DNA of 63,322 nt, filler included, from Nemertoderma westbladi (Eukaryota; Animalia; Xenacoelomorpha): assembly GCA_032718475.1 (NCBI GenBank). It is 3 parts of 3 records of this genome, joined end to end, with 100 filler letters (N's around TTAATTAATTAA, not from the genome) between each part and the next. Parts side by side here need not be neighbours in the genome. Positions count along the whole stretch, not along the records: positions 1 to 23,284 come from JAUCBJ010000008.1; 2 more parts are not named here. One strand, given 5' to 3'. The position numbers were made by a program, and so were the translations under genes. Every line of letters begins with the position of its first letter. Positions within the stretch are counted from its first letter, which is position 1. Of this stretch, positions 1 to 11,379 are shown one piece after another. The notes under the pieces were generated by a model. It saw only the letters and a list, made by a program, of their open reading frames with translations. It had not been told where the DNA came from and made no database searches.

Positions 1-498
1 AATATAGTAGCAACAGCGTCGTACTACGTTTCTATAAAAAATATTCTCCAATATTGTAAATAAATCTCCGGGATCATTACTTTTCGCAGAAATATAAGTT
101 ATATTGCGAAGCTCTTTCCAATAAAAGGGTTGGTATCTTGCCAACTTTATATTAAACTTAGATATGGGTGCGCGACAAATAGGACAAATTTTAGAACAAT
201 AATTATTCATTTCGGAATATTGTACAATACATTGTACGCAAGTTGCATGTTTATTTTCACATTTATAATAATCTCGATGTTTTTGCAATAACTTAGAATA
301 GCAAACTGGGCATTTTTCATTTAAAATATCCATTTTCCAAATTTTAAAGTAAATTGAAAATAATTACCACAATACACAACAACAACAACAAACAAAACTG
401 TTATATTGTATATACAAATACTACTACAATTTTCGATTATTTAAAAACAACAAAATTTTATATATAATCATAAAATATTTATAATATAGAGGGAAAAG

Positions 499-945
499 TC
501 AAGAATCAATGATATTATCAACATATTCAACATTATCCGCTGATTCTTCAGGTTCGATAAAGGATTCTTTTGAAATCATTACAATAAAGAAAGACATAAT
601 TTCGTAGGGGCTATGCCGATTTAGCCGTATTTCAAACTTTTCACCAGCTTCGTTGTATTGTGTAATAAAAATAAATCCTTCTATCATGGCTAATAGTAAA
701 ATGTTACTTAATTTTCCTCCCCCATGCTCAGCTTTCAGGTTGTAATCTAAAAGATGAATACTATTATCTGAAGCATCAATATCGATTGAGCTTAAAACTT
801 TCCTGGCTTTTTCAGAAAACTCAATTTTATATTTATCATCTCCCTGACGGTAAATTGTATAATCAATAACAATATAGGCATGACCATCTTCTGCAAAAAA
901 TGAATGCCTTACTATTGGCATAACCATATCGGAATCAGAAGACAT
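499..945 (-). CDS. Hypothetical intronless 148-aa protein, no recognised family
   Basis: Uninterrupted ATG-to-stop ORF in very AT-rich DNA where long ORFs are rare; globular-looking composition with an acidic tail; no motif recognised. Confidence 0.35.
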   Translation of the reverse strand: MSSDSDMVMPIVRHSFFAEDGHAYIVIDYTIYRQGDDKYKIEFSEKARKVLSSIDIDASDNSIHLLDYNLKAEHGGGKLSNILLLAMIEGFIFITQYNEAGEKFEIRLNRHSPYEIMSFFIVMISKESFIEPEESADNVEYVDNIIDS

Positions 946-1109
946 TATTTAATTTATTTTATTGTAAATCAAACAAACAAAGTAAAAACTTTTAAACTAA
1001 AACCATTACAAATGATTAATTGCGATTAAAGCAAGAGATTATATATAAGATATTTTCAAAAATAATACAGGTCTTAAACTGAGAAATAGCCTAAATTCGG
1101 TTTATTGAT

Positions 1110-1560
1110 TGGTTGATTAGCTGGTGGGTAACTACTGTATAAACAAAAAAAATTATTGCGTAATAATCACTAATGCTCGTATACGCGTAGCTGGAACCTG
1201 ACGGAATCTCATGTATCATACTGCTTGGTTTGTTGATTTGGTGACAGCAGTTGTGGAGTTGGCAATCAATATAATATATGCGTGATGCGTGTAGTTGGTG
1301 GCCACGTTGTCTGCATATACAGTATACAGTGGTTGGTTGCATGGATAGGAAATAACTATGGAAATATTCGTATACGTGTAGCTAGAACGTGGCGGAATTT
1401 CAACACGTATCATAATAGCGTTGGGGTAGGCAGGCCGCTCGGTTGGTTGGTTTGGTGACAGCCGTCGAGGAGTAGCCGTGCGTGGTGGTGGTGGTGGTGG
1501 TGAGTTGGCAATCGTTTCGATATAATAGCGTAGTGTGGGGCTAGCCATGCAATGAGAAGT
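1110..1560. repeat. Diverged ~190-bp tandem repeat (about 2 copies)
   Basis: CGTATACGYGTAGCTRGAAC at 1178 and 1369, each followed by TTTGGTGACAGC and GAGTTGGCAATC. Confidence 0.5.
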
Positions 1561-2105
1561 TAGGTTACGCGAAGATGAATATGCGATGGTTGGTTGATGC
1601 AACGACGCGAATCAATACTCGCGGGTGGTAACAGTTGTCGAGTAAGGCTACGCGTAGGTGATAAGCAACGAATGGTTGAAGGCAACAATATTGATGGTGA
1701 CAGATGGTCATTAAACACCGCAATTTAGCACCGGAATTTGGCATTTTTAATAGCCCTCCGAGATCTGGCCCGTAGCCCAGGCTAGGGAGGAGTTGCGTGA
1801 GAACTATGCTTCTCCTACTACTAATGCCCCTGAACCAAAAGTGGGTGCAAATGAACTTTTTTTTAATTTTATTGCACCCACTTTTTGAGTCCATACAATA
1901 AAAAATGTTAAAAACTGTCTGTGTAGCAAACACTGTCTAAAACTTTTACAATAAATCAAACATAGATTTTAATACTAATATAGTAAACAAGTTTTTGTCA
2001 ACTAAACAAGATGTCAACATCAGTCATTTCTTCTAATGCATGCCATAACCGTACTCTTCAGCAGCTAGTACTCGTTTCTCGTTTCTCCTATGTAACTTTC
2101 CGCTT

Positions 2106-3672
2106 CTATCTGCGCCTTTTCCGAGCTTCCTTGGTGATTGCTTGGCAGCTTATCTCAGCTTTCTTGATACGTTGTTTGTCTACCTCCGCCAACCCAGCAA
2201 TACATGACTTTCCAATAGAGCACCCCAACTCCCTTAGTACAGATAACCGTGTTGTATGACCTTCGTTGAACGTAATGATGGCATCATAAACTGCGATTTC
2301 CAGGACTGAGAGACCCACAAATACGCGTTTTGGTGCTCTAGACCAAACCATGTTGTTGAATCTCTCGTTCGTATTTTGTGTTTTACCATGCAGGCATTTT
2401 TTCAGTAGTTCAGGGTTAGACAGATCTCTAAATGTTGGTCGTAATATATTCATTATTTCCAATGGTATAGAATTCTTGTGTTGGAATTGAGTAATCGTAT
2501 TGATGCTTTTATTGTACTGACACCACGTAGGTGGCACCTTTGGGCACAGACCATGTTGTGGTTCAGCATCTGTAGACAACTTGTGGTAATATACAGTATC
2601 GCCCATTTGGCGCGTCTCATAGACTCTACTGAATCTAGGTTCTCTCTAATTGCTTTCCCAAAGTATAGGCCTACTTATAAGCTATCAATACTCTTATCAG
2701 TTAGACGTCCCTTACCCATCATTGACTTCCCATCCGGTAGTTTTCTTTTCCCATGATCTTTTTTCAGTCTTCGTAGTCTACCACCCATACGTTTCTGTAT
2801 GTGGCCAACACATTCTAGTTTCTCTACCTCTACATCATCACCAGATGGTTTCATTGAGGCAACTGCCTGAAAACTAGCACTATCGTCATCACCCAAATAC
2901 TTTGTGTATCTTAGACCACGTTTCTCGATAGATCTGCGGTATATAACTTTAGCCCCCGCAATTTCCATCCCTCCACTGGATCCTGAGTAATTTTTGTAAC
3001 AATATATTTTATGATTATCTTCAGCAGTTTTCCTCGCTGTTGAATCGACTATAGAGCTAATTTTACTGCATTTTTTGCAGAACAATGTGAGTATATGGGC
3101 ATCGATAACTTTGCCAGTGTCAACAGATATTGCCGACACAACGCCATTCAATGAAGTGTGTCCCCGTTTTTGCCACGTTCCATCGAAGGAAACAGCTACA
3201 TCAGTCACAATCTCATTATTCGTTTCATCGACCTCCTTAGTGCGAACATCTACAAGTTCAGTTGCTGCTTTCTTCGTGTTGGCAATCGCAACCGTCTCAA
3301 GTGCAGCATTTTAACTTGTCATTGTAGTGACCAAATCGCATTGGTGCACACGGTAGATCCATTATTGCACAGAATATTTGAGCTGCATCTCGGCCGATTC
3401 CTATAGCCCTAAAGGCACACACATCATTGGTTTATATCAAATGTTGTACACTTTGCTTCAGAATTCCTGATGCTTGGTGAACTGAAGAAAGTCTTATTTA
3501 CGTTACATCCAGAACAACTAATTCTCAAATTCGTTGCCAAACCATGAATACCTATATCTGTTAGCGAAAAGTTATTACTTTCACATTCCGCACAGACCAA
3601 TGTGCCCTTCAGCTGATCAGCTAGATAACTTATGTTTACTAATACATATCCTGTCTGAGTTGATTGATACAC
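2106..3672 (-). pseudogene. Frameshifted DDE transposase (Kolobok/'Mutator-like')
   Basis: Three consecutive minus-strand ORF pieces: CxxC...CxxC N-terminus (3424-3672); DGTWQKRGHTSLNG, YLGDDDS and ECVGHIQKRMG (2675-3208); HGLCP..WC and KCLHGKTQNTNE (2106-2606). Confidence 0.88.
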
Positions 3673-4289
3673 TGTATGTTCAACAATTTTTTTCGCCGCA
3701 GTACTTTTAGAGTCAACAACAGTAGTTTTTGCCTGATTTGATTGCCACGAAATTTGCGCTTCACAATATTCCCTTTTGGCTTAGTCATTCTACGACTTCA
3801 TTCATTGTAAATGACTAAATTGCAGCGACTATCGGTACCTAAAGTAGGCATAGTGATAGTAAAGTTACCGGTACATTCAAATATTCTAATACCATGTTAC
3901 ACACTATTGCACCAAAAGAATGCGCCATTCAGACGAAAAGTCGCCAATATAACACATCAGATCTCTTATGAAAGGTCCTTCCACAACTTGTGCTTACAGG
4001 TAAGCCTACTTGCAGTACTGTACAATGTCAATGACGCAGTATGTCAATACGCAGAATGTCAATAAACTGGTGAAATGACAGTTCTGGAATCTGTCAAGTC
4101 AATTATCAATTCAAATTTCCCTCCAAAACTACAGTTGATTTATTTCTTGTATATGCTTCAAAACAATGGTTGAAAGGCAATTAGTTAAAAATTTATAATT
4201 TTTGGCACTTTTTACAAACATTTGACAATTGCTATTTGATGTAATGTAATACGTTTTTCCCTCTGTTTGTACATCTGTCTCTTACATAC

Positions 4290-4730
4290 CGGTATTGTGT
4301 GCTTTTTCATATTTTGACAAACAACCCAAATGAAGACAGACGGATGGCAGATTCTAGAATCCTTCAATATTGAAATTTGACATCGGAAATGAAATCACGG
4401 ACTAGGAAAACCCCATAACAAAATTTTATGTATTTATGTAGGTGTTGTTTGCTTATTTAAATTTTATGGACACACCAAAAGACAGACAGAATTGACGGAG
4501 AGACATAATAGAATCCATTAATAATGAAAACTGACATTGGAAATTGAGTCACAGACCAGGAAAACCCCATAAGAAAATTGTATTTGAGTGTTGTATGCTT
4601 TTTTATATTTTGACGGACAAACCAAAAGACAGACAGACGGACAGACAGACTAGAATCCGTCAATCGTGAAACTGACATCGGAAATGAAATCACGGAACAG
4701 GAAAAGCCCATAGCGAAAGTTTTAATTTTT
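4290..4730. repeat. ~150-bp diverged subterminal repeat, 3 copies
   Basis: Recurring GACAGAC...TAGAATCC...TGACATYGGAAAT...CAGGAAAA-CCCATA at about 4330, 4480 and 4630. Confidence 0.6.
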
Positions 4731-6735
4731 GTTCGAAAAAATGTTCTTTCAAAATTTGACAATAATGGTATGCTTGAAAATTCTCCCATTTATAAAAATT
4801 GGCGGGAAGGTTTGGAAACTTTGAATGCATTTTTCTCCTACTTCAATTTTTCATGTTATTTTGGTTACAAATGCCCCATTATCTCGAGAACGGCTCGATG
4901 AAATTTCTTGAAATTTTGACACATGATCCATGGCATGGCCTAATATCATAGTTAACTCAACATCATTCTTTGTATTTTAGGACCAAATCCCAAATTTTTG
5001 ACCTTTTTTTCAAAAATATGAAAAATAATACAAAAATTTCGAATTTTTTTAGGTTCCAGGTCTGGCGGGGTGGCTACTTTAATAGCATATCAAATTTCAT
5101 AAAAATCGACCTGGTAGTTCTGGAGAAAACGGGGCATTTGTTATAAAGGCGTTTGTATGGGAAAATCTAAGGGTTCCATCTCCCCTTAAGCGTATTTCTT
5201 GGGTTTAAGATTGTTTATTTATTGAACATAATTAACAACTTAGTAAGAAATTGAGTTTAGTTATATATTAAATAAATAATAGCCAGGAGAATTAAGCTGC
5301 TTGGAAAGTTGAGATGGTGGAGTAGGCTTGAGTTACATAAAATTTAATTAATACTTGCAGTTGAAATTCTAGTCCAATTCATCATTTAATAATGCTCTCA
5401 ACGATTATTCTTCGCATTCATTATTCTCTCGCCAGGATCAGATTCATGTCTCACTTACCCAAAATACTGTAGGTTGCCAATAATATTATAATGCTAAATC
5501 CTTCTCAAGGGATAATTAATATAAGGGTATGATCTCATCAATCACATGTGTATGATATTTACCCTCATAAAGACAAATATACGCTGATATCATATTTAAG
5601 ATGGGAGGATATTAAAATCTGAATCCTTTTGTTACATGTATGTCACCTTACAGTGTACTGGTGATATGCCTGTAACGCTGCAGAATCCCACTTTGCTACA
5701 TTGAGATCTAGGCCACAACACAGTAAAGTAATCTCTTTCTTAGTAACAATAAACTTCTAGAACTCCCGGTGGAAAACTGTTATTATTTATGAAAATTATA
5801 TCTGGAAACTCTTGTGAAAAGTGAAATATTGCAATATGGTCCTGTGACAACTCTAAGTTTTGATGAAAATTACATTAAGGGGGATGGAGTTGGGGAAAGC
5901 CCTCACGAATATAAAATATGGAAATTTAACACAAAGAAAAAAATGTTTAATGATGTCGTATTAACTCGTCCTTGAACGTAGTAATCATTAAAGGACTGTC
6001 AATTACGTAAAGTATGTCTATCAGGGAATATAGAGTTTCAAAAATGGTAGAGTGAAGCCGTTCAGGAAATATGCGTCATAAAATAAGTAAGAAACATTAC
6101 TCCTCTGGGGACTAAATACCTATTTACAAAAATAATGATTTTTGGAAAGAGTAACACGACCAGTGCATATGCTCATGTTGATAATATCTGGCTAGGGACA
6201 TCTACCACAACTACAGTACCTAAACCTGTACTGTACCAATAGTACAGTACCACTACTACAGTACCTAGTAATGTTCACTGTACAGTACCACTAGTACAGT
6301 GCCACATCTACAGTACCTAGTACTGTACAGTACCACTAGTGCAGTACCACATCTACGGTATCCAGTACTGTACAATACCACTACTACAGTACCTAGTACT
6401 GTACACTGTACAGTACCACAAGTACAGTGCCACATCTACGGTATCTAGTACTGTACAGTACCATCAGTACAGTGCCACATCTACGGTATCCAGTACTGTA
6501 CAGTACCACTAGTGCAGTACCACATCTACGGTATCCAGTACTGTACAATACCACTACTACAGTACCTAGTACTGTACACTGTACAGTACCACAAGTACAG
6601 TGCCACATCTACGGTATCTAGTACTGTACAGTACCACCAGTACAGTACCACATCTACGGTATCCAGTACTGTACAGTACCACTAGTGCAGTACCACATCT
6701 ACGGTATCCAGGACTGTACAGTACCACTAGTACAG

Positions 6736-6939
6736 CTGGCGAACGCGGATACGGACTGCGGGGTTGCTGGGTAGTTCAGTTGGGTAGTTCAGTTACCACT
6801 GACAGACTGCTGCGACGGACAGGATTAATAAATAATATTAAAAATAGTTTGAATTTCCCCCGTAAATGCTAAATGTATCGTGTAGTATATATTTGTTGGC
6901 ATTTTGCTTTATTAAATTGACATATAAAAAAAAAAAAAA
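6736..6939 (+). mobile_element. Short poly(A)-tailed retroposed insert in the satellite
   Basis: Non-satellite 204 bp with ATTAAA at 6911 and A14 at 6926-6939, flanked by duplicated CCACTAGTACAG (6724-6735, 6940-6951). Confidence 0.65.
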
Positions 6940-8545
6940 CCACTAGTACAGTACCACATCTACGGTATCCAGTACTGTACAGTACCACTAGTACAGTACC
7001 ACATCTACGGTATCCAGTACTGTACAGTACCACCAGTACAGTACCACATCTACAGTACCTAGTACTGTACAGTACCACTAGTAAGTGCAGTACCACATCT
7101 ACGGTATCCAGTACTGTACAGTACCACTAGTACAGTACCACATCTACGGTATCCAGTACTGTACAGTACCACTAGTACAGTACCACATCTACGGTATCCA
7201 GTACTGTACAGTACCACTAGTACAGTACCACATCTACGGTATCCAGTACTGTACACTACCACTAGTACAGTACCACATCTACGGTATCCAGTACTGTACA
7301 GTACCACTAGTACAGTACCACATCTACGGTATCCAGTACTGTACAGTACCACTAGTACAGTACCACATCTACGGTATCCAGTACTGTACAGTACCACTAG
7401 TGCAGTACCACATCTACGGTATCCAGTACTGTACAGTACCACTAGTATAGTACCACATCTACGGTATCCAGTACTGTACACTACCACTAGTACAGTACCA
7501 CATCTACGGTATCCAGTACTGTACAGTACCACTAGTACAGTACCACATCTACGGTATCCAGTACTGTACAGTACCACTAGTACAGTACCACATCTACGGT
7601 ATCCAGTACTGTACAGTACCACTAGTACAGTACCACATCTACGGTATCCAGTACTGTACAGTACCACTAGTACAGTACCACATCTACGGTATCCAGTACT
7701 GTACAGTACCACTAGTACAGTACCACATCTACGGTATCCAGTACTGTACAGTACCACTAGTACAGTACCACATCTACGGTATCCAGTACTGTACAGTACC
7801 ACTAGTACAGTACCACATCTACGGTATCCAGTACTGTACAGTACCACTAGTACAGTACCACATCTACGGTATCCAGTACTGTACAGTACCACTAGTACAG
7901 TACCACATCTACGGTATCCAGTACTGTACAGTACCACTAGTACAGTGCCACATCTACGGTATCTAGTACTGTACAGTACCACTAGTGCAGTACCACATCT
8001 ACGGTATCCAGTACTGTACAGTACCACTAGTGCAGTACCACATCTACGGTATCCAGTACTGTACAGTACCACTAGTATAGTACCACATCTACGGTATCCA
8101 GTACTGTACACTACCACTAGTACAGTACCACATCTACGGTATCCAGTACTGTACAGTACCACTAGTACAGTACCACATCTACGGTATCCAGTACTGTACA
8201 GTACCACTAGTACAGTACCACATCTACGGTATCCAGTACTGTACAGTACCACTAGTACAGTACCACATCTACGGTATCCAGTACTGTACAGTACCACTAG
8301 TACAGTACCACATCTACGGTATCCAGTACTGTACAGTACAACCAGTACAGTATCACATCTACAGTACCTAGTACTGTACAGTACCACTAGTGCAGTACCA
8401 CATCTACGGTATACAGTACTGTACAATACCACTACTACAGTACCTAGTACTGTACACTGTACAGTACCACAAGTACAGTGCCACATCTACGGTATCTAGT
8501 ACTGTACAGTACCACCAGTACAGTACCACATCTACAGTACCTAGT

Positions 8546-8661
8546 TACTTTTTTTTTTTACTTTACAAGCCTCATTTATTCACAAAATAATAAAAACCTT
8601 CAGAAATACAAACACAATTACAGTACAGTACAGTAGTGCAGTACTACTGTACAATGCAGTA
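8546..8661 (-). mobile_element. Second short poly(A)-tailed insert, reverse orientation
   Basis: T11 at 8549-8559, TTTATT (AATAAA on minus) at 8575-8580, and CTACAGTACCTAGT on both sides (8532-8545, 8662-8675). Confidence 0.5.
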
Positions 8662-9604
8662 CTACAGTACCTAGTACTGTACAGTACCACTAGTGCAGTA
8701 CCACATCTACGGTATCCAGTACTGTACAGTACCACTAGTGCAGTACCACATCCGCAGTGCTTTCAATTTTCGCAATCCTTTAATCCGATTTAGTATCATA
8801 GGATATATGAAGCAACTCCAACATCACAGGCGTAATCAATTCTATTGCATGTATTGCGTATATACATAAATAGATGATAGTGGAAAGCTCATGTGAGAAC
8901 AATGCGCTGTTTAGCCTTTCCTTATATTTAGTTCCCTTTAGAATACCAATGAGGAATGTAATAGATGAAGATATTAAAATTATAATTATATATCCAAAAC
9001 ACACCCGTATTGTATTGCATCACCTAATCCAAACTATTATCATCTACAATTTCTTTTATCTTAGATTTGATTTCATACAACAAATATTAATACTATGAAT
9101 TAAAATTCAAAGAAAATAAGGATTATTTTCCAGATCAAAGCAGGGTTGAATTACTTCTTTCTTCTTACAGGTAAGATAATTATTATTGAAATTTAAGAGA
9201 TATCGTATTGAATGTGAAATTTATGAATTATTTTTCATAGTTCACATTACCAGACTACTGAAACGATATTGAAAAAAATGTGAAAGTCGAGTGTAAATAG
9301 AATACAATTGCAATTTGTTTAATTCTAAAGAAATTTATTTTACAGGAATGAATGTGAGTGAGGCCGATTATTAGTTTTATGTATCCCAAACTATCCTTTA
9401 CTACATCCAGTGCTGTTCAACTAGTTGAAAGTTCAACTAGTTAAGTTGTCATTTGATGTTATTTAGTTAAAGTGGTTTTATTTAACTTGTCACTGCGAAT
9501 TTAGTTAGTTAATGGGGTTTTTAAAAAATAATTGTTGACTTTCAAATAAATCTAACTAAATTCCGAAAGCTAAAAGAAGGATGCCAGGAAACTAGTAATA
9601 TAAT

Positions 9605-9855
9605 CGGACTGCTGCATTGAATCCACACATTGAGTTGCTATGCCAACTTAACAAAAACATTTAGTCACCACCATGCAATCCACAATTGGCAAGCCCAATG
9701 CAGCGTGCATTAAGAATCCTATGCCTGCTTATCAGAAAAGTTGCACTGCCACAACTCCCTATCTCCCCTGACTTTCGCGAGATTATCCGCATCTTCAAGG
9801 CCAGTGTCTTTTAAGATGCGTCTCACGAAAGTTCTGGGCTGTCCACCATGCTTAT
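9605..9855 (-). mobile_element. RTE-type LINE family A, 3' fragment
   Basis: Reverse complement matches the family A end at 18775-19212 (ATCCGCATCTTCAAGGCCAGTGTC..TTAAGATGCGTCTC). Confidence 0.75.
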
Positions 9856-9869
9856 TTTCTACACGGGGC

Positions 9870-10350
9870 TTCCAAAGGCGATCTCCCGGAGAAAGGTGGA
9901 GGGCTCTGGGCCGGGGTGGCTTAATGTCTCAAAGGCCACGGGTGAAAGAAGTCCATTAGGTCGCAATATTTGGCATTTTTAGTTTGCTCTGCCCCCTCTG
10001 CATTGCGTCTCCAAGCAACGATTGTCTGTTGAATGTGGCTGGGGGCCAACGGATCTACCACTGCACTGTGGCATCCCATGCTAGGGTTCGGCCGTCCGCC
10101 CGCCTCCCGTTGCTCCGCCGACATAAACCTGGGGGCTCTAGGATTAAAGGCACCCCACAACTAACCAGCGCCCCCCGAATGATTCTGTTTACCATCGCGT
10201 GGCGGGTGTGCCGGCCAGCACTCAACTGGCAGCAGAGCCCATGGAGGCCGTCAGCAGCCACTGGCATGCCACAGCGGCAGCTGTGGGGTTCGACGACCTT
10301 ACACCCCAGACTTGTAGCGATGGCGATGCGGGACAGCATCGCCAGGAGTT
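9870..10350 (-). mobile_element. CRE-clade non-LTR retrotransposon fragment (zinc knuckle plus restriction-like endonuclease)
   Basis: Translation CRCG..ADGLHGLCC..GRHTRHAMVNRII..LEPPGL..GRRADG..WDAT..LAPSH matches the CCHC-RH-E-RPDG-WDxT C-terminus of CRE elements; frameshifted; GC-rich island. Confidence 0.75.
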
Positions 10351-11379
10351 GTATTACTAGTGGGGTCGCTTAAGGCTAAAAAATAGCAAAATCCTTAATT
10401 GCAGGACAAAAAGCATGAAAATGTCACTATATATGTAAAAAAAAATGTGCATATTAATCTGAGCCTGTGCACCAAAAGATTTGACTACTTCCCTAGCAAC
10501 AGGGTATCTTTTTCAAAGCAACCGGATACTTTTGGACGTATCTGTTATTGAAACTCGCCATATAGAAAAATTACGATTATATAACTGGGTTGGTTTAAAA
10601 ATATAAGAAATTTAATGCAATTATGATTGTAAGTGGAGATAATCAACATACCTAACAATATAACATGGTTAGTAGTGTTATTACAGTTCATATACGTACC
10701 GTATCCATAACAAGGTGACCTTTCCAAAGCAACTGTTGGGAATTTGTGTAATTAGGATGCAACTCGAGATAAACAACGCGTATTGCAATAAAAGATTGTT
10801 AGTAGTTATATTAGATCTAATTCATGTTTCCATAGCAACAAAGTAAAAGTTTGCACTTTAGGCTTATTGGGATAATGTGTGTTTCTATATCAAATGTACC
10901 AGTATATTAATACAGTCATGATGTCATATTGTTGGAATATGACCAAATAGATTTTAGATTGTAGAGTTTTATCAATTGGGTATTGGCTTTTATTTGCCTT
11001 AAATATCTCATGGAATCCGTTTAATTTTCCTTTTCTTATCTGTTGCCTCCACGGTCAGTTTTTCGGGAAATTTATATTCGTGGTTTAATGCACTCCTCAC
11101 ACAAAGCTCTGGCGTCGTATATTTTTCTCCGTACCTGTCTTTTATTTGCCATACTTTCTCTTTTGTGCATTTTTTTCTTTTTTGTTTATAACATAAATCA
11201 TTGTTACCATGGCAACATTGCAGAGTTCTAGAACAAATGTAAATATTATATACTATTCTAGAACATAAATATAATAAAAAATATTGAAACTCGCCATATA
11301 GAAAAATTACGATTATATAACTGGGTTGGTTTAAAAATATAAGTCGTGTACAAGTTTCCATAACAACAGGTGGCCTTTC

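Larger units (their letters stand above)
1751..5078 (-). mobile_element. Decayed DNA transposon, Kolobok-type / Pfam 'Mutator-like transposase' family
   Basis: Contains transposase fragments. Degenerate inverted ends: TTAA|TAGCCCTCCGAGATCTGG (1747) versus reverse complement TTAA|AGTAGCCACCCCGCCAGACCTGG (5082), both abutting TTAA. Confidence 0.65.
6205..8760. repeat. 45-bp satellite array
   Basis: Unit GTACTGTACAGTACCACTAGTACAGTACCACATCTACGGTATCCA repeated head-to-tail, nearly invariant in 7090-8340; it gives the 15-aa periodic ORFs. Confidence 0.97.

Noticed and set aside
1091-1933. Short minus-strand ORFs
   Set aside because: They overlap diverged repeats, a (GGT)n run and the transposon end; no protein-like motifs.
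7059-8486. 475-aa ORF and overlapping ORFs in the 45-bp array
   Set aside because: Pure translation of a stop-free satellite unit on both strands; no unique coding sequence.
6205-8760. CRISPR-like array
   Set aside because: Units are contiguous and near-identical with no unique spacers; eukaryotic context; no cas genes.
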